Of a stretch of DNA of 64,000 nucleotides, positions 12,897 through 25,200 are shown piece by piece. How positions within the stretch are numbered: position 1 is the first letter of the stretch; every line of letters begins with the position of its first letter. The DNA is from Patellaria atrata CBS 101060 (taxonomy: Eukaryota). A program made the translations under genes and the position numbers. Under the pieces are notes generated by a model, which was not told the DNA's origin, made no database searches, and saw only the letters and a program-made list of their open reading frames with translations. The stretch covers positions 471,614 to 535,613 of the forward strand of contig MU006101.1 of the NCBI GenBank assembly GCA_010093705.1, written 5' to 3'.

Positions 12897-14526
12897 ATGG
12901 CTACGAAGCGTTTTCCAAACCCTAGGAGCAGCTTTGGTCATTCCGACGAAGAAGGTTTTGGATCATTGCCGTATGTTGTATTAACTTCGTGTGATTAGGG
13001 GCCTACTAATGATTCTAGTCCTCCACTATTCCAAGAAACATCGTATATAATCCCAGGCTCAGCCGAAGATAGAAAGTCCAAAGAAAAGCGTGACGATGAA
13101 GGCGACTTGTGGAAGGCCGCTTGGGACGAGATCTGGTACAAGAAAATGGCTCCATTCTTCTCATTTGGTGAAACACATTATATGAGGAATTACCTAAGTC
13201 ACCAAGTTACGAATGACTTAGCCAAATTTGCGAGTAAGATTCTACCTTTCCCAACACTGTGTGCGGAACAAGTTGATCTCGGGACTAACAAAATTTCAGA
13301 AGAATTGCCTGAGCCGCCAACTGAGTTCGGACATGCGACCACTTCTCGTTTCACTCTCCCTCCCGCCAATGATCTCACACTCAGTGTTAAGAAACTTAGA
13401 GATCCCACCATTAGTTATCCGACGTCTATTAAATTGGACGATCCAAAGCTTGAGACCCTTTTTGCTAAACATATAGCACGTGCTCTTGCACCACTGCCCC
13501 CTCCCAAAGTTCCTAAAGCTACAGCTCTTAGAGGTAAAACCCTCAAAGAAACAGCGGATAATCGCCCTTGCCAGTCCTCTGCAAATAGCATTCACGAACT
13601 TGTCACTAAAGATGCCGAGAATGACCTCAATCGCAGTCAGTCTGTAGTTACGGAACCGTCCACTAACGATAGTGCAGATGAACCTATCGAGGAGATTTCC
13701 ACTCCATCACTTCGATCATCTCGCTATGGAACGACCACTGAAGCGAGGAAGTGGTCAGCAGAAAATGCCGCAAACGCTGAAGCTCAGCTCTTGCACGAGC
13801 AACTCGAGGCGCAAGTGAAGTCTATTGCCAAAGGAAGCAAGAAGTCTCCTGCACTTAGGAAGACACACGTCGAGATCCAAAACCCACGCTTCAGACCACT
13901 GACCGCAAAGATTAAGCTGCCACCACCGCCGAAAGGCCGCTCTCGAAAGTCTACCACCCCAGTAAACGCCCTTATCACTCCACCTACTACCACGTCTCCA
14001 AGGACCAAGACTCCCCATGCGAAGCAGCCAACCACTCCCGTCACCCATCATCACCGTCGCGGCTCGGTCTCCCTCAAGGACTATATTCCTCCGTCAACTC
14101 CAAAGGCGCCAAAACGCAAACGCGTTTCATCAGGCGAAAAGCCGTATGTGCCTCCTGCTAGTGAGGTGAGCCCGACAGAAGAACATGTCGCTGGAAAGCG
14201 AAAGAGGACCGAGGAAGTTGCGAAAGGGTTCAAGGTCCGAAGAGCTACCAGGGACGAAGATGGGCTGGTCTTGAATCCGGTGAAAAAAAAGACCAGCGGG
14301 CAGGCCAGCTAAAACTGACAAAGCCCCTACTGTAACAGAGCCACCAGCGAAGAAGAGGAAGAGTTCCGCTGTACCACCTAAGGTGATTGTACCAACGAAG
14401 AAGGCTTCGATCTCGAAGAGTAGAGCAGCTTCGGTGCCGGAGACGCCAAAGAGGGTAACCAGGAGTGGTAGTTTGGCGGAAAGAGGAAAGGGGGAAGAGG
14501 TAGATAGGCCATGGTACGCCTGGTAA
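12897..14526 (+). CDS. Orphan basic, Pro/Thr/Lys-rich disordered nuclear-type protein; frameshift at A8 (14283-14290)
   Basis: ATG 12897 and intron 12971-13018 (GTATGT...CTAAT...TAG) join in frame to ORF 13107-14312. NLS-like PKRKR and KRKR motifs. The +1 frame continues KRPAGRPAK...RPWYAW* to 14526. Confidence 0.7.
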
Positions 14527-15302
14527 GAAGAAGTTTGCCTTGAAAGTGATAAAAGTCCTACACTAGCTTGAGATCTAATAGCGAGATGGGGCCATTGAGC
14601 CAACTAAGATTGTTTGAAGGGGCCGTTGTTATTTGTTCAGATAGATGATTGTTCTACTTCGAATTTGGTCTTTTTGGCGTTACGGAATGGACTTTTAGTT
14701 TGAAATGGTGTCGTGAATCAAACACTCTAGAAAAGCTCAAGCTGAACGGTTAGGAACAGCGCGTATTCGATAATTCCCTTACAATTTAAGGGGTAATATG
14801 GAACTGGAACCCCCTCTGATGGTCAGCTAAGTATGAGTTCTTCATTTCATCTTACAGCTCAAATACTATTTCTCAATTCGCTCTTCTTCCTGAATCAAAG
14901 ATCGTCCATAAGGTATTCTATGCCCTGCCTTTGAGATAAATTCTTCCTTAGTCTATTGCCTTCCACAGGGCAGTCATGTGGACGGTCGCACCTGCCTTCG
15001 GTGGTTTTACCCCTCAAACCTCAATCTTAGCTTTGTTATGATTTTCCTTCGCGATCTCTCTATTTTTGTTGTTCTCCGCCTTGCGTTCTCCATCTTCTCT
15101 ACATTTCTGACAGACCAACTTTGGCCGAACAATGTGAGCAATTTCCTTTGCATATCGGCTCACCATACTGACTTTTATTCAGTGACAGAGAAGAAGCCTG
15201 ATAATAGGCATGAAAGAGCAAACAAATCATCGAGAAATAAACGTAGGTGTCTAAAGCGCGCTCATCTACAGTAACTGATCCATTATCCAGGCATCACCTA
15301 CA

Positions 15303-15875
15303 ATGCCGCCCGTACGACGTGGACGCGCTCCAAATGGAAGGTTCACAGTAAAATCTTCCTACAGAATGCGCTCGAGACAAATCGGCGCACCTCAAACACC
15401 ACCAGCGCTTCAAGTGCGCACACCTAGTTTGGAAGTGACAAGTCCAAACCAAAGCAACGCAGACGAAGAAGCAAACAGCAGGCCCAGCACTCCTCCTGTA
15501 CAGAAGGAGGAAGACACGACAAGGAATGAGCGGGAGGTCACGAACGGCCTCGAAACAATCAAGATCGAGGACGACTCCCCTATTCGCGTGCTCTCTCCAG
15601 CGTTTGGACAGGCGTTAATAGCAGACCAGGCCACGACTGTCCCAAGGAGCGAGGCCAGACCTTCCACAGGGGTTCAACGGGAGCCCACAGTCTCCGTCAC
15701 TGTGTCGGTTGAGGAAACTCAACATTCGTCCACCCTCACGTTAGATAAGAAATCTCTGGAGGATACCAAGATTGGTGACCTCCTGCCTCCGGTGGTTCGC
15801 CGCCAGTTGCTGGCGTCGGATCCCGAGGCCAAAATTGAGGTCCACATCGTGGTGAAGGAGATTAGGGAGGGATGA
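15303..15875 (+). CDS. Hypothetical low-complexity protein (190 aa)
   Basis: Uninterrupted ORF with good start context (TACAATGC). Basic N-terminus RRGRAPNGRF and S/T/P-rich body; no recognised family. Confidence 0.6.
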   Translation: MPPVRRGRAPNGRFTVKSSYRMRSRQIGAPQTPPALQVRTPSLEVTSPNQSNADEEANSRPSTPPVQKEEDTTRNEREVTNGLETIKIEDDSPIRVLSPAFGQALIADQATTVPRSEARPSTGVQREPTVSVTVSVEETQHSSTLTLDKKSLEDTKIGDLLPPVVRRQLLASDPEAKIEVHIVVKEIREG

Positions 15876-15950
15876 GTGCTTGTACATAGTAAGGTGAGAT
15901 ATAACCCCACGTTCACAGCACTATTGTCTTTTGTACCTATTCCCTTATCA

Positions 15951-16142
15951 TGACACTCCTGAGTTACTGTATCATCGCGTGGGAACTGATCTCCGACTCA
16001 ACTCTCCGCAAATAATGGAACTGTAAGAAAGAATTGAAACTGTACTACCTCATTTCCCTATATCTGCCTCACACCTATCGATTCTTCGGATTCAGGGATA
16101 TGGAAGCGGGTTTATAGTGAGCACAGTAACTCAGGAGTGCCA
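15951..16142. repeat. Inverted repeat pair (MITE-like, ~190 bp)
   Basis: CACTCCTGAGTTACTGT (15954-15970) is the exact reverse complement of ACAGTAACTCAGGAGTG (16123-16139). The match extends to 19/20 with TG...CA ends; no clear TSD. Confidence 0.6.
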
Positions 16143-16453
16143 ACCACAATACTCGCCGAGATTTTGTTTTATCGAACTATGTGCATGCACTAACTACCTC
16201 CCAGTAGTATCGAAGGATGGACGACATCAAATTCACTGGGCGATAATTTTTCTGGAACTAAAATGGTAGATGGACCGACCCCTTAGTACGATATATGGTG
16301 CAGCTCTGAAGAGGCCATGAATGGATTTTGCTCGGATTGTCAGGCTGGATTGGCTGGAAACTCCTCTTTGAATAGGTGTATCTTCTGTCTATATGCAAGC
16401 TGAATATGAAGAACTTCAGTTCAACCAAAAAAATCCTCCGCTGTGATACAACA

Positions 16454-19400
16454 TCAAGATGGCTTGGTAGTCTTCCCTCTACCTCTGCCTCTACTTGAGC
16501 CAGTTCTTGCTCCCTTTCTCGCCTTCTTAGGAGGCTCGTAGTCATCTCCATCCTCTGAAGACCCCTCTGCGTCCGCCGATGATACCGCGTCTTTCTTCGC
16601 TCTCTTACCTCTACTGACCCTCGTGGGCTGATCATACCCCATAACGATCTCCTCATCCAGCTTCCCACTCTCCCCATCCCTAACCCTCCGTTCCCCTGAC
16701 CCATTATCTCTTCTCACTGCACTCTCCCTAATCCTCCCCAACGCATTCTCCAACCTCTTACTCTTCCCTACCTCCCTCTTCCTCGGCGCAAACGCGCCCG
16801 CCCCCACAGTCCCACCTACGAAACTGGTGATATTACTCTGCGTGCCCTCGCGCTCCCGCCTATTCATATCTCTAATGACAGGCACGAGGACCTCATCCGT
16901 GCGCTCCCTGCTCCAACCCACGGAAGCCATAAGGAAGCGCCTCAGGGCGTCGAGGTCAGGGACGCCCCACCGGAACGGCTGCGCGTCGTCGTCGACCGCG
17001 GGGCGCAGATAAGCGTCCTCGACGCGGGGGTCGGGAAACGCGGTCGGGAGGAAGAGCTTGGTGGCGTTAGCCTTGCGGAACTTGCGACGAAAGGGGATGG
17101 GCTGGTCGTCTGCCTTGGGGCGACGGTTGGCCTGGACGTCGGCCCACCAGTCCCTGAACGCGGTGAGGTGGCCGAACTCGGATATTATTTCGAGGGCGGT
17201 GACGGGGCCGACGCCAGGGAGTCCTTCGGTGTAGTCTGAGCCGAGGAGTTGGGCGAGGGCGATGAGTTTAGAGCGTGTCAGGCCGAAGTCCTTCTCGAGG
17301 TCGGACGAGAGGTAGCATTCGACGAATTTGGCTTGGTTGAACATGTTCTTGTAGACTCTGGTGCCGCCGAAGAGGAAGGTGTCGCTGTCGTCGGTGACGA
17401 TGCCGTCGACGAGGCCGAGGCGGACGAGCTCGGCGCATTGCGCTTCTGCTTCCATGGGCGCCGTGATGTAGGGGAGCCCGAAGAGGGAAAGGAGGTGTTG
17501 GCATTCTTGGATCATGGAGGTTGTTACTTCATCTGCGTCGCGGCGGTCGCGCTTTTGTTGTGACAGCAGCACTTTGAGGTCGCGATTGTATTGTTCGGTG
17601 GATGTGGTGCTGGAGAGGGGGACGCGGTTATTGAGTTGGGAGGTGAAGCGTTCGTGTTCTTCGAATTCCTGGGCGAGTTGCTGGAGGATGGTGTCTTCTT
17701 CCGGGTCGGAGTCGAAGTATTCGGCTTCGGCTTCGACGTCAAGATCGAGAGGAAGGTTATCGTCGGCGAGGCCTGATGCGGGAATAACTGTGATGTCCAT
17801 CTCATCGACAGGCCGGAGGGATTCTTCTTCAGGTTCGGTAGGTTCGGTAGTGTTTGTTGGTTCCTTAATTAGAACGTCTTCAAACTCGTCTTCCTGTTCA
17901 GGAGATGGTGAGCTAATTTGTGCATTGTCTGGAGTAGCTATCTTATCAACCGTCGGACGGGACGTTTGATGTATCTCTTCCTGATCACTTTGTTCCCACT
18001 CCAAGGGTTCACCATCTGATTCTTCCAAGATGTTAGTTCGAGGAGATGGCAATCCTTCCTTTTCTTTAGCTGCTAGTGCTACTGAGGGCATTGGCTCATT
18101 TTGGGTTCTATTATCAGGAAGTGTCTCTGTTGAGGGAGGTGGCTCTGCCCTAACCTTATCCGCAATATCTCCCATTCTCAATTCGGGCTCATGAACAATG
18201 ACGTCCTCCATTTCCGCATATTCGTTCTTTTCGTCATCGTCATCGTCGGATTCAATAGCAATGACTTCCTTCTCCTTTTGTGATGATAAGTCCACATCAA
18301 TGGCCTCCTGAGTATCTTGAATTCGCGATTTCGGCCGTTCCTGGAACTGGAACAATTCCTCATCCGTCTTTCGATCCTTTCGGCGATCTTCAGCTTCGAT
18401 GGCCTTCTGAGCATTAAGATCTTCCTCGATATTACCTTTGAACCAAGGGGGAAGTGGTACCGCCTGTTTCTTTTCCTTCCTGTCTGTCTCTTTCTCGAAG
18501 CCGCCCGCAGTATTCTCTGATAACTTTTGCATTTTCTTTTTTCCGAGAAGCGAGCTTCCCAGATCAAGTTTCTCGAACGGAAGAGGACCATCAAATGGGC
18601 TAGCTTTCACTTGTTCTGTCACAGCAGCTTCAGACCGAGGCGGCGAGGGTTGCTTTACAGCTGGTATCCTGGGCGGGGGCAAAGACTTCCGTTTCGACTT
18701 CCTCGATTCTGCAAGCGCTGCTTGCAAATTCATATCATCGTCCTCACTATCCTCTTCTATGAATGTACGAGGCATTACCTTGGTAGCCCTGGCATTCGCA
18801 GCATGAGCTATAGACATGCCCTTTCCCTTAAAGAAAGGTTTGGGTTCTTCTGCTTTCTTCTGGTTTTGTTGAAAGACTTCCATGAAGTCGTCATGTTCGT
18901 CTTCACTCCCGCCTCGTTCTTCCTCTAGCGACATGGCAATTGCGCGTTGTAAGTCGGGGTCGTCCTCGTCTCGAAGTTGGATCGTTGATTGGTCTTCGAG
19001 ATCATCGTGGGTGTTCATGTCTACGTTTTCCCAGTCTTCTTCATCTTCATCCTCTGCTACGAAGAGGGAGTCTGGTTGGGGCACATTGCGCTTCGGTCGC
19101 TGCATATGATTCTTGGCCTGAATCTGGCCGGTATTACGTGGTGGATGAATGTTATTTCTACTGCTTCTAGAGGAAGGTTTCATCAAGCTTTTGGGTAGTC
19201 TATTTAGTCCTTCGATCGGAACGTCTTCGAATTCTTCGTCTTCCCATTCTTGATCCTCTTCTTGATTGGGCTGAGGGACCGGCTTGTCCAAATCTATAGG
19301 TTTATTTCTTTCGCCTTCATCCTTATTAACCACGACACCCAATGCCCAGCCACCTTCTACGCCGTCATTCTTGACTAGAACGTATTCGCGGTTGCGCGAG

Positions 19401-20317
19401 CTGGCCACCCTACCAGTAGATACGCCTGGTAAACTATCGTTCATGCCATTGATATTCATGAGACGCTGCGTTAACTCGTTCCTTTCCCTTACACGCTCGA
19501 TTTGGAATCTAGAAAACGCCATGCGATCTGGGAACATCGTGTCCAACTGCTCCTTTGACAAGCCCATCCTTAATCTACTCCTTAACCTTGCCGCGTTGAG
19601 GATATTATAGCGATCGCTGTCCGGTAGACTCATAAAGAACGGACTATCAAAGTCGATCTTCGAAAAGTCGTAGACATTGATATCCTCCCCCCGATCAAAC
19701 TGTCTCGCATAACGTTCCAACTCTTCTAAACTCATAATCCGGGGATCATTCTGTCCACCCATCTCCGAAATCGACACATCCAGATCAGGCAAATGATACG
19801 CATCACTCTTCCTAAACGTGCGATTCCTCTTCCGCTCTTCTTCCGTCATAAGCACCTCAGACGCGTACACCAAATTCTCCGGTATAGGTTCTTCCTCCCG
19901 GACATGGTGATTCGTGCCCCTTGCCCTCGCTTCCTCCTCCTTCCTCTTCCTCTCCTCCTCTTCCGCCGCCCTCTGCATCTGTAACGCCAACAGCTTCCCC
20001 GCCGTCCTCACCGCATCCTCGCGTCTGCCCTCTCTCCTCGCCTTCCTCCCACTGATCGTCTGTCGTTTCAATGCCGGCGCCCCTCCGTCAAACACAAACA
20101 CCGGCTTTATGCCGATGAAGAGGAGCTTGCAGATTCGACGGAAGAAACCGACGACGTGCGAGTTGCGCAATGCGTTGCCCTCTTTGTCCCGCACCGCTTT
20201 CAGGAATTGATAGATCCAGATTGAGGCGTCGACGGCGAGGCGTTTTTTGTTCAGCGTTTCGATCTTGATAGGGCGGGCGGAGGGTTGGAGGACGGTCCAG
20301 AGGCCGGTGACACCCAT
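16454..20317 (-). CDS. RAD2: DNA excision repair endonuclease Rad2/XPG (Rad13), intronless, 1287 aa
   Basis: XPG-N: MGVTGLW...LAVDASIWIYQFLKAVRD...VFVFDG. XPG-I: APMEAEAQCAEL...TDDSDTFLFGG, GSDYTEGLPGVGPVTA. PIP box QSNITSFV. UIM-like segments DLQRAIAMSLEE and NLQAALAESRK. Confidence 0.97.
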   Translation of the reverse strand: MGVTGLWTVLQPSARPIKIETLNKKRLAVDASIWIYQFLKAVRDKEGNALRNSHVVGFFRRICKLLFIGIKPVFVFDGGAPALKRQTISGRKARREGRREDAVRTAGKLLALQMQRAAEEEERKRKEEEARARGTNHHVREEEPIPENLVYASEVLMTEEERKRNRTFRKSDAYHLPDLDVSISEMGGQNDPRIMSLEELERYARQFDRGEDINVYDFSKIDFDSPFFMSLPDSDRYNILNAARLRSRLRMGLSKEQLDTMFPDRMAFSRFQIERVRERNELTQRLMNINGMNDSLPGVSTGRVASSRNREYVLVKNDGVEGGWALGVVVNKDEGERNKPIDLDKPVPQPNQEEDQEWEDEEFEDVPIEGLNRLPKSLMKPSSRSSRNNIHPPRNTGQIQAKNHMQRPKRNVPQPDSLFVAEDEDEEDWENVDMNTHDDLEDQSTIQLRDEDDPDLQRAIAMSLEEERGGSEDEHDDFMEVFQQNQKKAEEPKPFFKGKGMSIAHAANARATKVMPRTFIEEDSEDDDMNLQAALAESRKSKRKSLPPPRIPAVKQPSPPRSEAAVTEQVKASPFDGPLPFEKLDLGSSLLGKKKMQKLSENTAGGFEKETDRKEKKQAVPLPPWFKGNIEEDLNAQKAIEAEDRRKDRKTDEELFQFQERPKSRIQDTQEAIDVDLSSQKEKEVIAIESDDDDDEKNEYAEMEDVIVHEPELRMGDIADKVRAEPPPSTETLPDNRTQNEPMPSVALAAKEKEGLPSPRTNILEESDGEPLEWEQSDQEEIHQTSRPTVDKIATPDNAQISSPSPEQEDEFEDVLIKEPTNTTEPTEPEEESLRPVDEMDITVIPASGLADDNLPLDLDVEAEAEYFDSDPEEDTILQQLAQEFEEHERFTSQLNNRVPLSSTTSTEQYNRDLKVLLSQQKRDRRDADEVTTSMIQECQHLLSLFGLPYITAPMEAEAQCAELVRLGLVDGIVTDDSDTFLFGGTRVYKNMFNQAKFVECYLSSDLEKDFGLTRSKLIALAQLLGSDYTEGLPGVGPVTALEIISEFGHLTAFRDWWADVQANRRPKADDQPIPFRRKFRKANATKLFLPTAFPDPRVEDAYLRPAVDDDAQPFRWGVPDLDALRRFLMASVGWSRERTDEVLVPVIRDMNRREREGTQSNITSFVGGTVGAGAFAPRKREVGKSKRLENALGRIRESAVRRDNGSGERRVRDGESGKLDEEIVMGYDQPTRVSRGKRAKKDAVSSADAEGSSEDGDDYEPPKKARKGARTGSSRGRGRGKTTKPS

Positions 20318-22231
20318 GACGAGAAGGGCATGTGGGCGATATCAGCGCTTGTTTCGGATGTCTCGTATAGGGCTTTAAAACTCACGTCCGGAGATTGCGC
20401 GTTAGAATTGAAGTGGCGTGCGCGTTGATGATATTGTGTATGACAGACAGGATGCGACGGGAAGTTTGTTGCCTGATGACGCACAAGGGAAGCGAGACGT
20501 GTGGCGAGCAACGCGAAATCACCTGCGCACATCTTCAGACATGATTTCATGAAAGTTTTGATTCAGTATCTAACCCTCTATTTTTCATCAAGTTAAAGAC
20601 AATTCGACTTCCAAATATCTTTACCATCAGGTTCAGTTCCACCAGATGCAAGTTGAAGTTAAGTGTTTTGACCGCAAATTCAGGGCTCGATTGTTTAAGT
20701 ATCTTCATACCAGTCATACTGTAATGTGTATCTTGTAGTAATTTCAAAATCCTATGTTTCTTCTAGAGAAGAAATTATTTTCCTATATCAAAGTCACCAC
20801 CCCTTCGAAATACCTTCCAACAACCATCTCCAACCTACCTACGGATATAATCCCCATTTCAGGGGTTATACCCATACGTCCCCCCATCGACGATATCTTC
20901 ATTTCTCTTGCCCATTCCTTGATTTCTGCATCAAAATCCCGTATCTCCCTCCCATATGTACCATATGACCCTCTTCCATCAAACCAGTATCAAACCATCC
21001 CACGCCCTCATCCCACCTCATCCTAGCCCAACCCCTTGAAGTTAGCGATACCGGCTAAAATGGGTTCTGAACTAAGTCAAGAAACACCAACAAGTACCGT
21101 AACAGCGCAGAATACCGACAACCAGGTCATCCTCCCCCTCCCCTCCTTCACATGCCCACCGTAGTTCTACAGTGACGGCAAATTCTCCGATCTTCGTCTC
21201 ACAGACCATTCCTCCATCATTCAAAAAAAGCCCATGACGATATCCAGCAGTTTTCCACTTTCCATCCTCAAAAATCACCCAAGAAAACCGCGCCGCACCG
21301 GCTAAACCCGCAACGTATCTAACAAACCCAGGTACTTATCACACCCCCTCCTCTCTATCCGAGGGGGTCTCGACCTCACCTCCTGCACCGCCGGAGGGCC
21401 ATAACCGGCGGTGGGGACGTCCTTACGGCCCGATCAGGCCAACTGTGTGCCCAAAGAAGCATTCACCGTGTTTTCCCAGTTCTTGACTTACAGCCGCCAC
21501 AGCCGTGATGGGTGGGGATGTGCTTGGTACGGTATAAGGTACTTAAACTTGACACCCTCTTTACATCGCACATCGTACAGTATCTGGCAACCTATCCCAT
21601 CCGCCGCATCTGCAACGTGCTCCAAAACCCGGTTTAGAAAACACCACCGATACCTATATTACACCTGTCCATACACTATGTGTTTTATTCCCTTCTATAC
21701 CGCCCCGTAGTCCTCGTACCTCATTTCCCAGTCAACCAACCCAACATTTCACCCGCCCTACCCGACACAACTCCCGATCCCTTACTGCAAACATCCCACC
21801 CCTCCCCCAACACATATGCCCCTTGAAAATTGAAGCAAGTGAGGGTCCCTGAAGTGCACAGTAAGGTAAGGTAGCGGAGTGGTTGTTCATCCATAAAACC
21901 GGGTCCAAACCACCTCATCTGATACACATAGTGGCACAAACACCCACGACACCTTAGGGTACCCACCAGCACTTCACCAAGCCCTCAAACCACGGTTAAA
22001 ACAGGGCACATAAACCCTACAGGGGTAAGTCCCTAGGCGGTGAAGCCCGGCTTCTGTCCTCACTACTTCTCAGGAAGGGTGTGATGTGATGTGATGGAGG
22101 GGTTCGGGTTCGAGAGACTAAGAGTAGTGAGGGGCTTGATTTAAGCTACCTTACTTTTTAGCTTGGGATTGAGGAAACGGAACGTCGGACGGAGGGTGGG
22201 GACGGGCATTCGGGTCATGGGGCTGGATGTA

Positions 22232-22285
22232 TGTAGTGTGGTGTAGTGTGGTGTAGTGTGGTGTAGTGTAGTGTAGTGTAGTGTA
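22232..22285. repeat. Microsatellite (GTGTA/GTGTG)n
   Basis: tgtagtgtggtgtagtgtggtgtagtgtggtgtagtgtagtgtagtgtagtgta. Confidence 0.9.
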
Positions 22286-25200
22286 CATATCATATCATCT
22301 CTAGTAGAGGTACGGGTTGCGAAGAATGTGGTGGACGTGGAGGGGGTGGACGTCATTTTGGACACCAATGCTCAGTAGCAAGCTATCTACTATGTACAAT
22401 GGATGGTGTGGGCTTTTCATGTTTTCATGTTTGGAATGATTGAGTTACTGGTGGTGCGAAATGGGAGGCGCCATTTCTCTCAAAAACTACCGTACCGTGG
22501 CTTTGGATTCTCGGAGCGGCCGCTTTGAGTGCTGCTATACTAATTGTAGTAGTGCTGCTCGGTTGTACGGGACACAGCTCATGATATCGGTACCTTCGCT
22601 ATTTGGCTACTATCACTACTGCCATCGCCGGGGCCTGGAGACTTTCGATTTGAGATGGGAATGGATCCATATATTCACCTGCAGCGGTGAGGGGTAGAAA
22701 TGCATCCATTATAGATCTGAGATGGAAATGAGAGTTATGGGAGAACGAAGGTAAAAAGGAAGAAGAAGCCGCGGATCTTCTTCGCGATAGGCTCGGAACC
22801 GACACAAAGAGAAGAAAAGGATACAGATGGAAGTTCACCTACATGGTGTGCAAGTTCCGAGTATCTTCTCTATTGTACGGAGGTCAACGTTCTTGCACTT
22901 CTATTTCCATTATCTTCTCAGCCATCTGTATATTCCAGTTGTATGAGTAGCCGACTTGACTGAATCTTCTCGCCGAAGTTGTGATCATTAATCGGCATAC
23001 CGAAGCGGGTGCGGTACGATGCGGAGCCGGCCGTTAAAGCTGGTGGGCTAGGTTTGGTCAGAACCAGCAGAGAGCTTGACGGACGGAGTGGGGGTGAAGA
23101 CAAAACAAAGTGGCGTGGTGCTCTCCGTAAGTCCATCTATCCCATTGACCCCGTTGACCGGTGAGAGTTTGATGTACAGTATAGAGGGGCAGGGCATCGA
23201 AACCTGACAGTGCCACCTTGATCCGGGGGCCGAATTGGCGTTTCCTCTCTCCTGTCGTGTCACCGGAAAGTCCAACGGCCAGGAGTGTAGGCCTATCGTT
23301 AGGATGAGGTGGTTTCTTGAAGGTTTTGAAGAGGGGGTAAGCAGTGCAGGCCTTGCGGGGATGTGTGGGGAAGGATTCTCGCAGGGATGTTCAGAAGCTT
23401 GAATCCTTTCGCATCCGGTATTCGCGCTTACTACGGTACCGTTCGGAGGGAAAGGAAACCGGAGAACCTTGTTGTAAGGTGTTGTGAGAGCAATTGAACA
23501 TCTTACTGGATCTACTTTGCGTCGTCAGCGTAGTCAGGTATGGAGTACGGCGGACGTTGAAGCTTTCAGGAACCCATGGTTTGTGAACGTTTCGGTCTTA
23601 TAGTGGCCATCTAGCGTGAGGTGTTTCTTGAGACATAGGGTTGTTATTCGTACATACAGATTATGTACCGTGATTCATGCATATGTATGTGTGGCTCGCA
23701 GGAGTACGTGTCCAGGAGTGGCCTTACATGATGTATGGAAGGAGTTTATGGAGACTTCTGTTCCTGTTAGAGTTACTTTATTTGGTCAAGCTAGTTGAAT
23801 TCTGAAGTAACGTAGTGTTAGCATTGAACGGGTTCCTACATTATGTATCCATACCGTGGTATACCAATCTCCATATTCCTCGATCGAACGATAATGACTT
23901 CATCCCGAAGCGGTTACTGACGAAACTTTTCATAGTATAGTTGGAATTAGGTGGGCTTTGGATGCCTAAATTTCTAAAAACACGCGTTCGCAGGTTTTGC
24001 TAAAACAGGATCAGTTTGAACGACAGTTGAAACGATACGACCGAATGTTACGAAAGAATTGAGCAGGATTGAGCGACTATATTGTACTGTAAAGTCACTC
24101 TCGCAGTGAGCAGATTTCATCCTTTTCCGTAACGATCGCTAATAGTCAGAGACGGCCATAGGAAGAAGATAGATCCATTATACTCCGTAAAAGAGGGCTC
24201 GTTCAGCTGAGAGTCGCTAAGATACTCCACGAACGTATCGTCCAATGTGGTATGATTATAGGATGGTGTTTCCCCACTCCCATAGTCCAAGATTTTACAC
24301 CTCGGATGAAGCATAACAAAAGATCTCCCAGGTCAGATCAGTCTTAGTAGAAGAATCTGGACATAGATATGTAGAACTACTCAAGAATCTGAGTGAATTC
24401 TGAAGAAGTGAAGCGTGCAGTGTGGTGGTCACAAAGCTATCAATGCAGCTGTTCCACTTAACCGTTCCGATCTCCCTCAGAGGATGTCAATACCAGATCT
24501 GCCATTACTCCGAGATGGAACCGTATGAGACCTTTAGCTGATGCGAGATGAGACCACAGGCCCGTAGTTGACCCTTAAGAAACAATGGTATGGTGCAATG
24601 CAAGGCTGCCTGAGCGGCAAGTGGTTCTTCCTGCGCTGACACATAACTATAGACTATGTCTTGCATGCTATAAGCGATGTGACAGTCCTTATAGCCGAAT
24701 GAACTACTGTGCCGTACAGTATCATCCGAATAGCTTTGTGTTCTTAGTGTGAGGCTAAGTCTCTTGATAATGCATTTTGGTACCGCTATAGGGACGCTCG
24801 CTCTCGATCCAAGATTCGAAGATCTCCAGCAATACGAAGGTCATTAGACCCGGGATTCATTTCGCGGCATCGAGGCGATCTCGTATGAGAGATGCGTAAG
24901 AGAAAGTTAAAAGAAATCTAAAGAGTTAGGGACGGATAGGGGACGGCCGTGGCTTTGGGTGTTTACGGCTTGCAGCTTGGCTGAATATACTTCAGCCATC
25001 TTTATGTTCAAGACCACTTCCAGTAGTGAGTATGATGCTGTCACCGCTTACCTCCTTCCTCATATAGAATGTGGTTGAACTCCGGGCCACCAAGTACAGT
25101 ACAAGTCAAAAGGAATCAGGTTGAACTATAACGTTGATTAGACAATTGCTACGATGATATCCATGGTTCCCTGTTAAATAGGTAGGTAGAAGATATGAAA

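Noticed and set aside
14284..14340. A_AAA_AAG -1 slippery heptamer
   Set aside because: The -1 frame closes after about 13 codons; only the +1 frame gives a protein-like continuation.
16827..20210. Numerous antisense and alternate-frame ORFs over RAD2 (and likewise over the P450, IleRS and bimC)
   Set aside because: These are shadow ORFs caused by the codon bias of the real genes.
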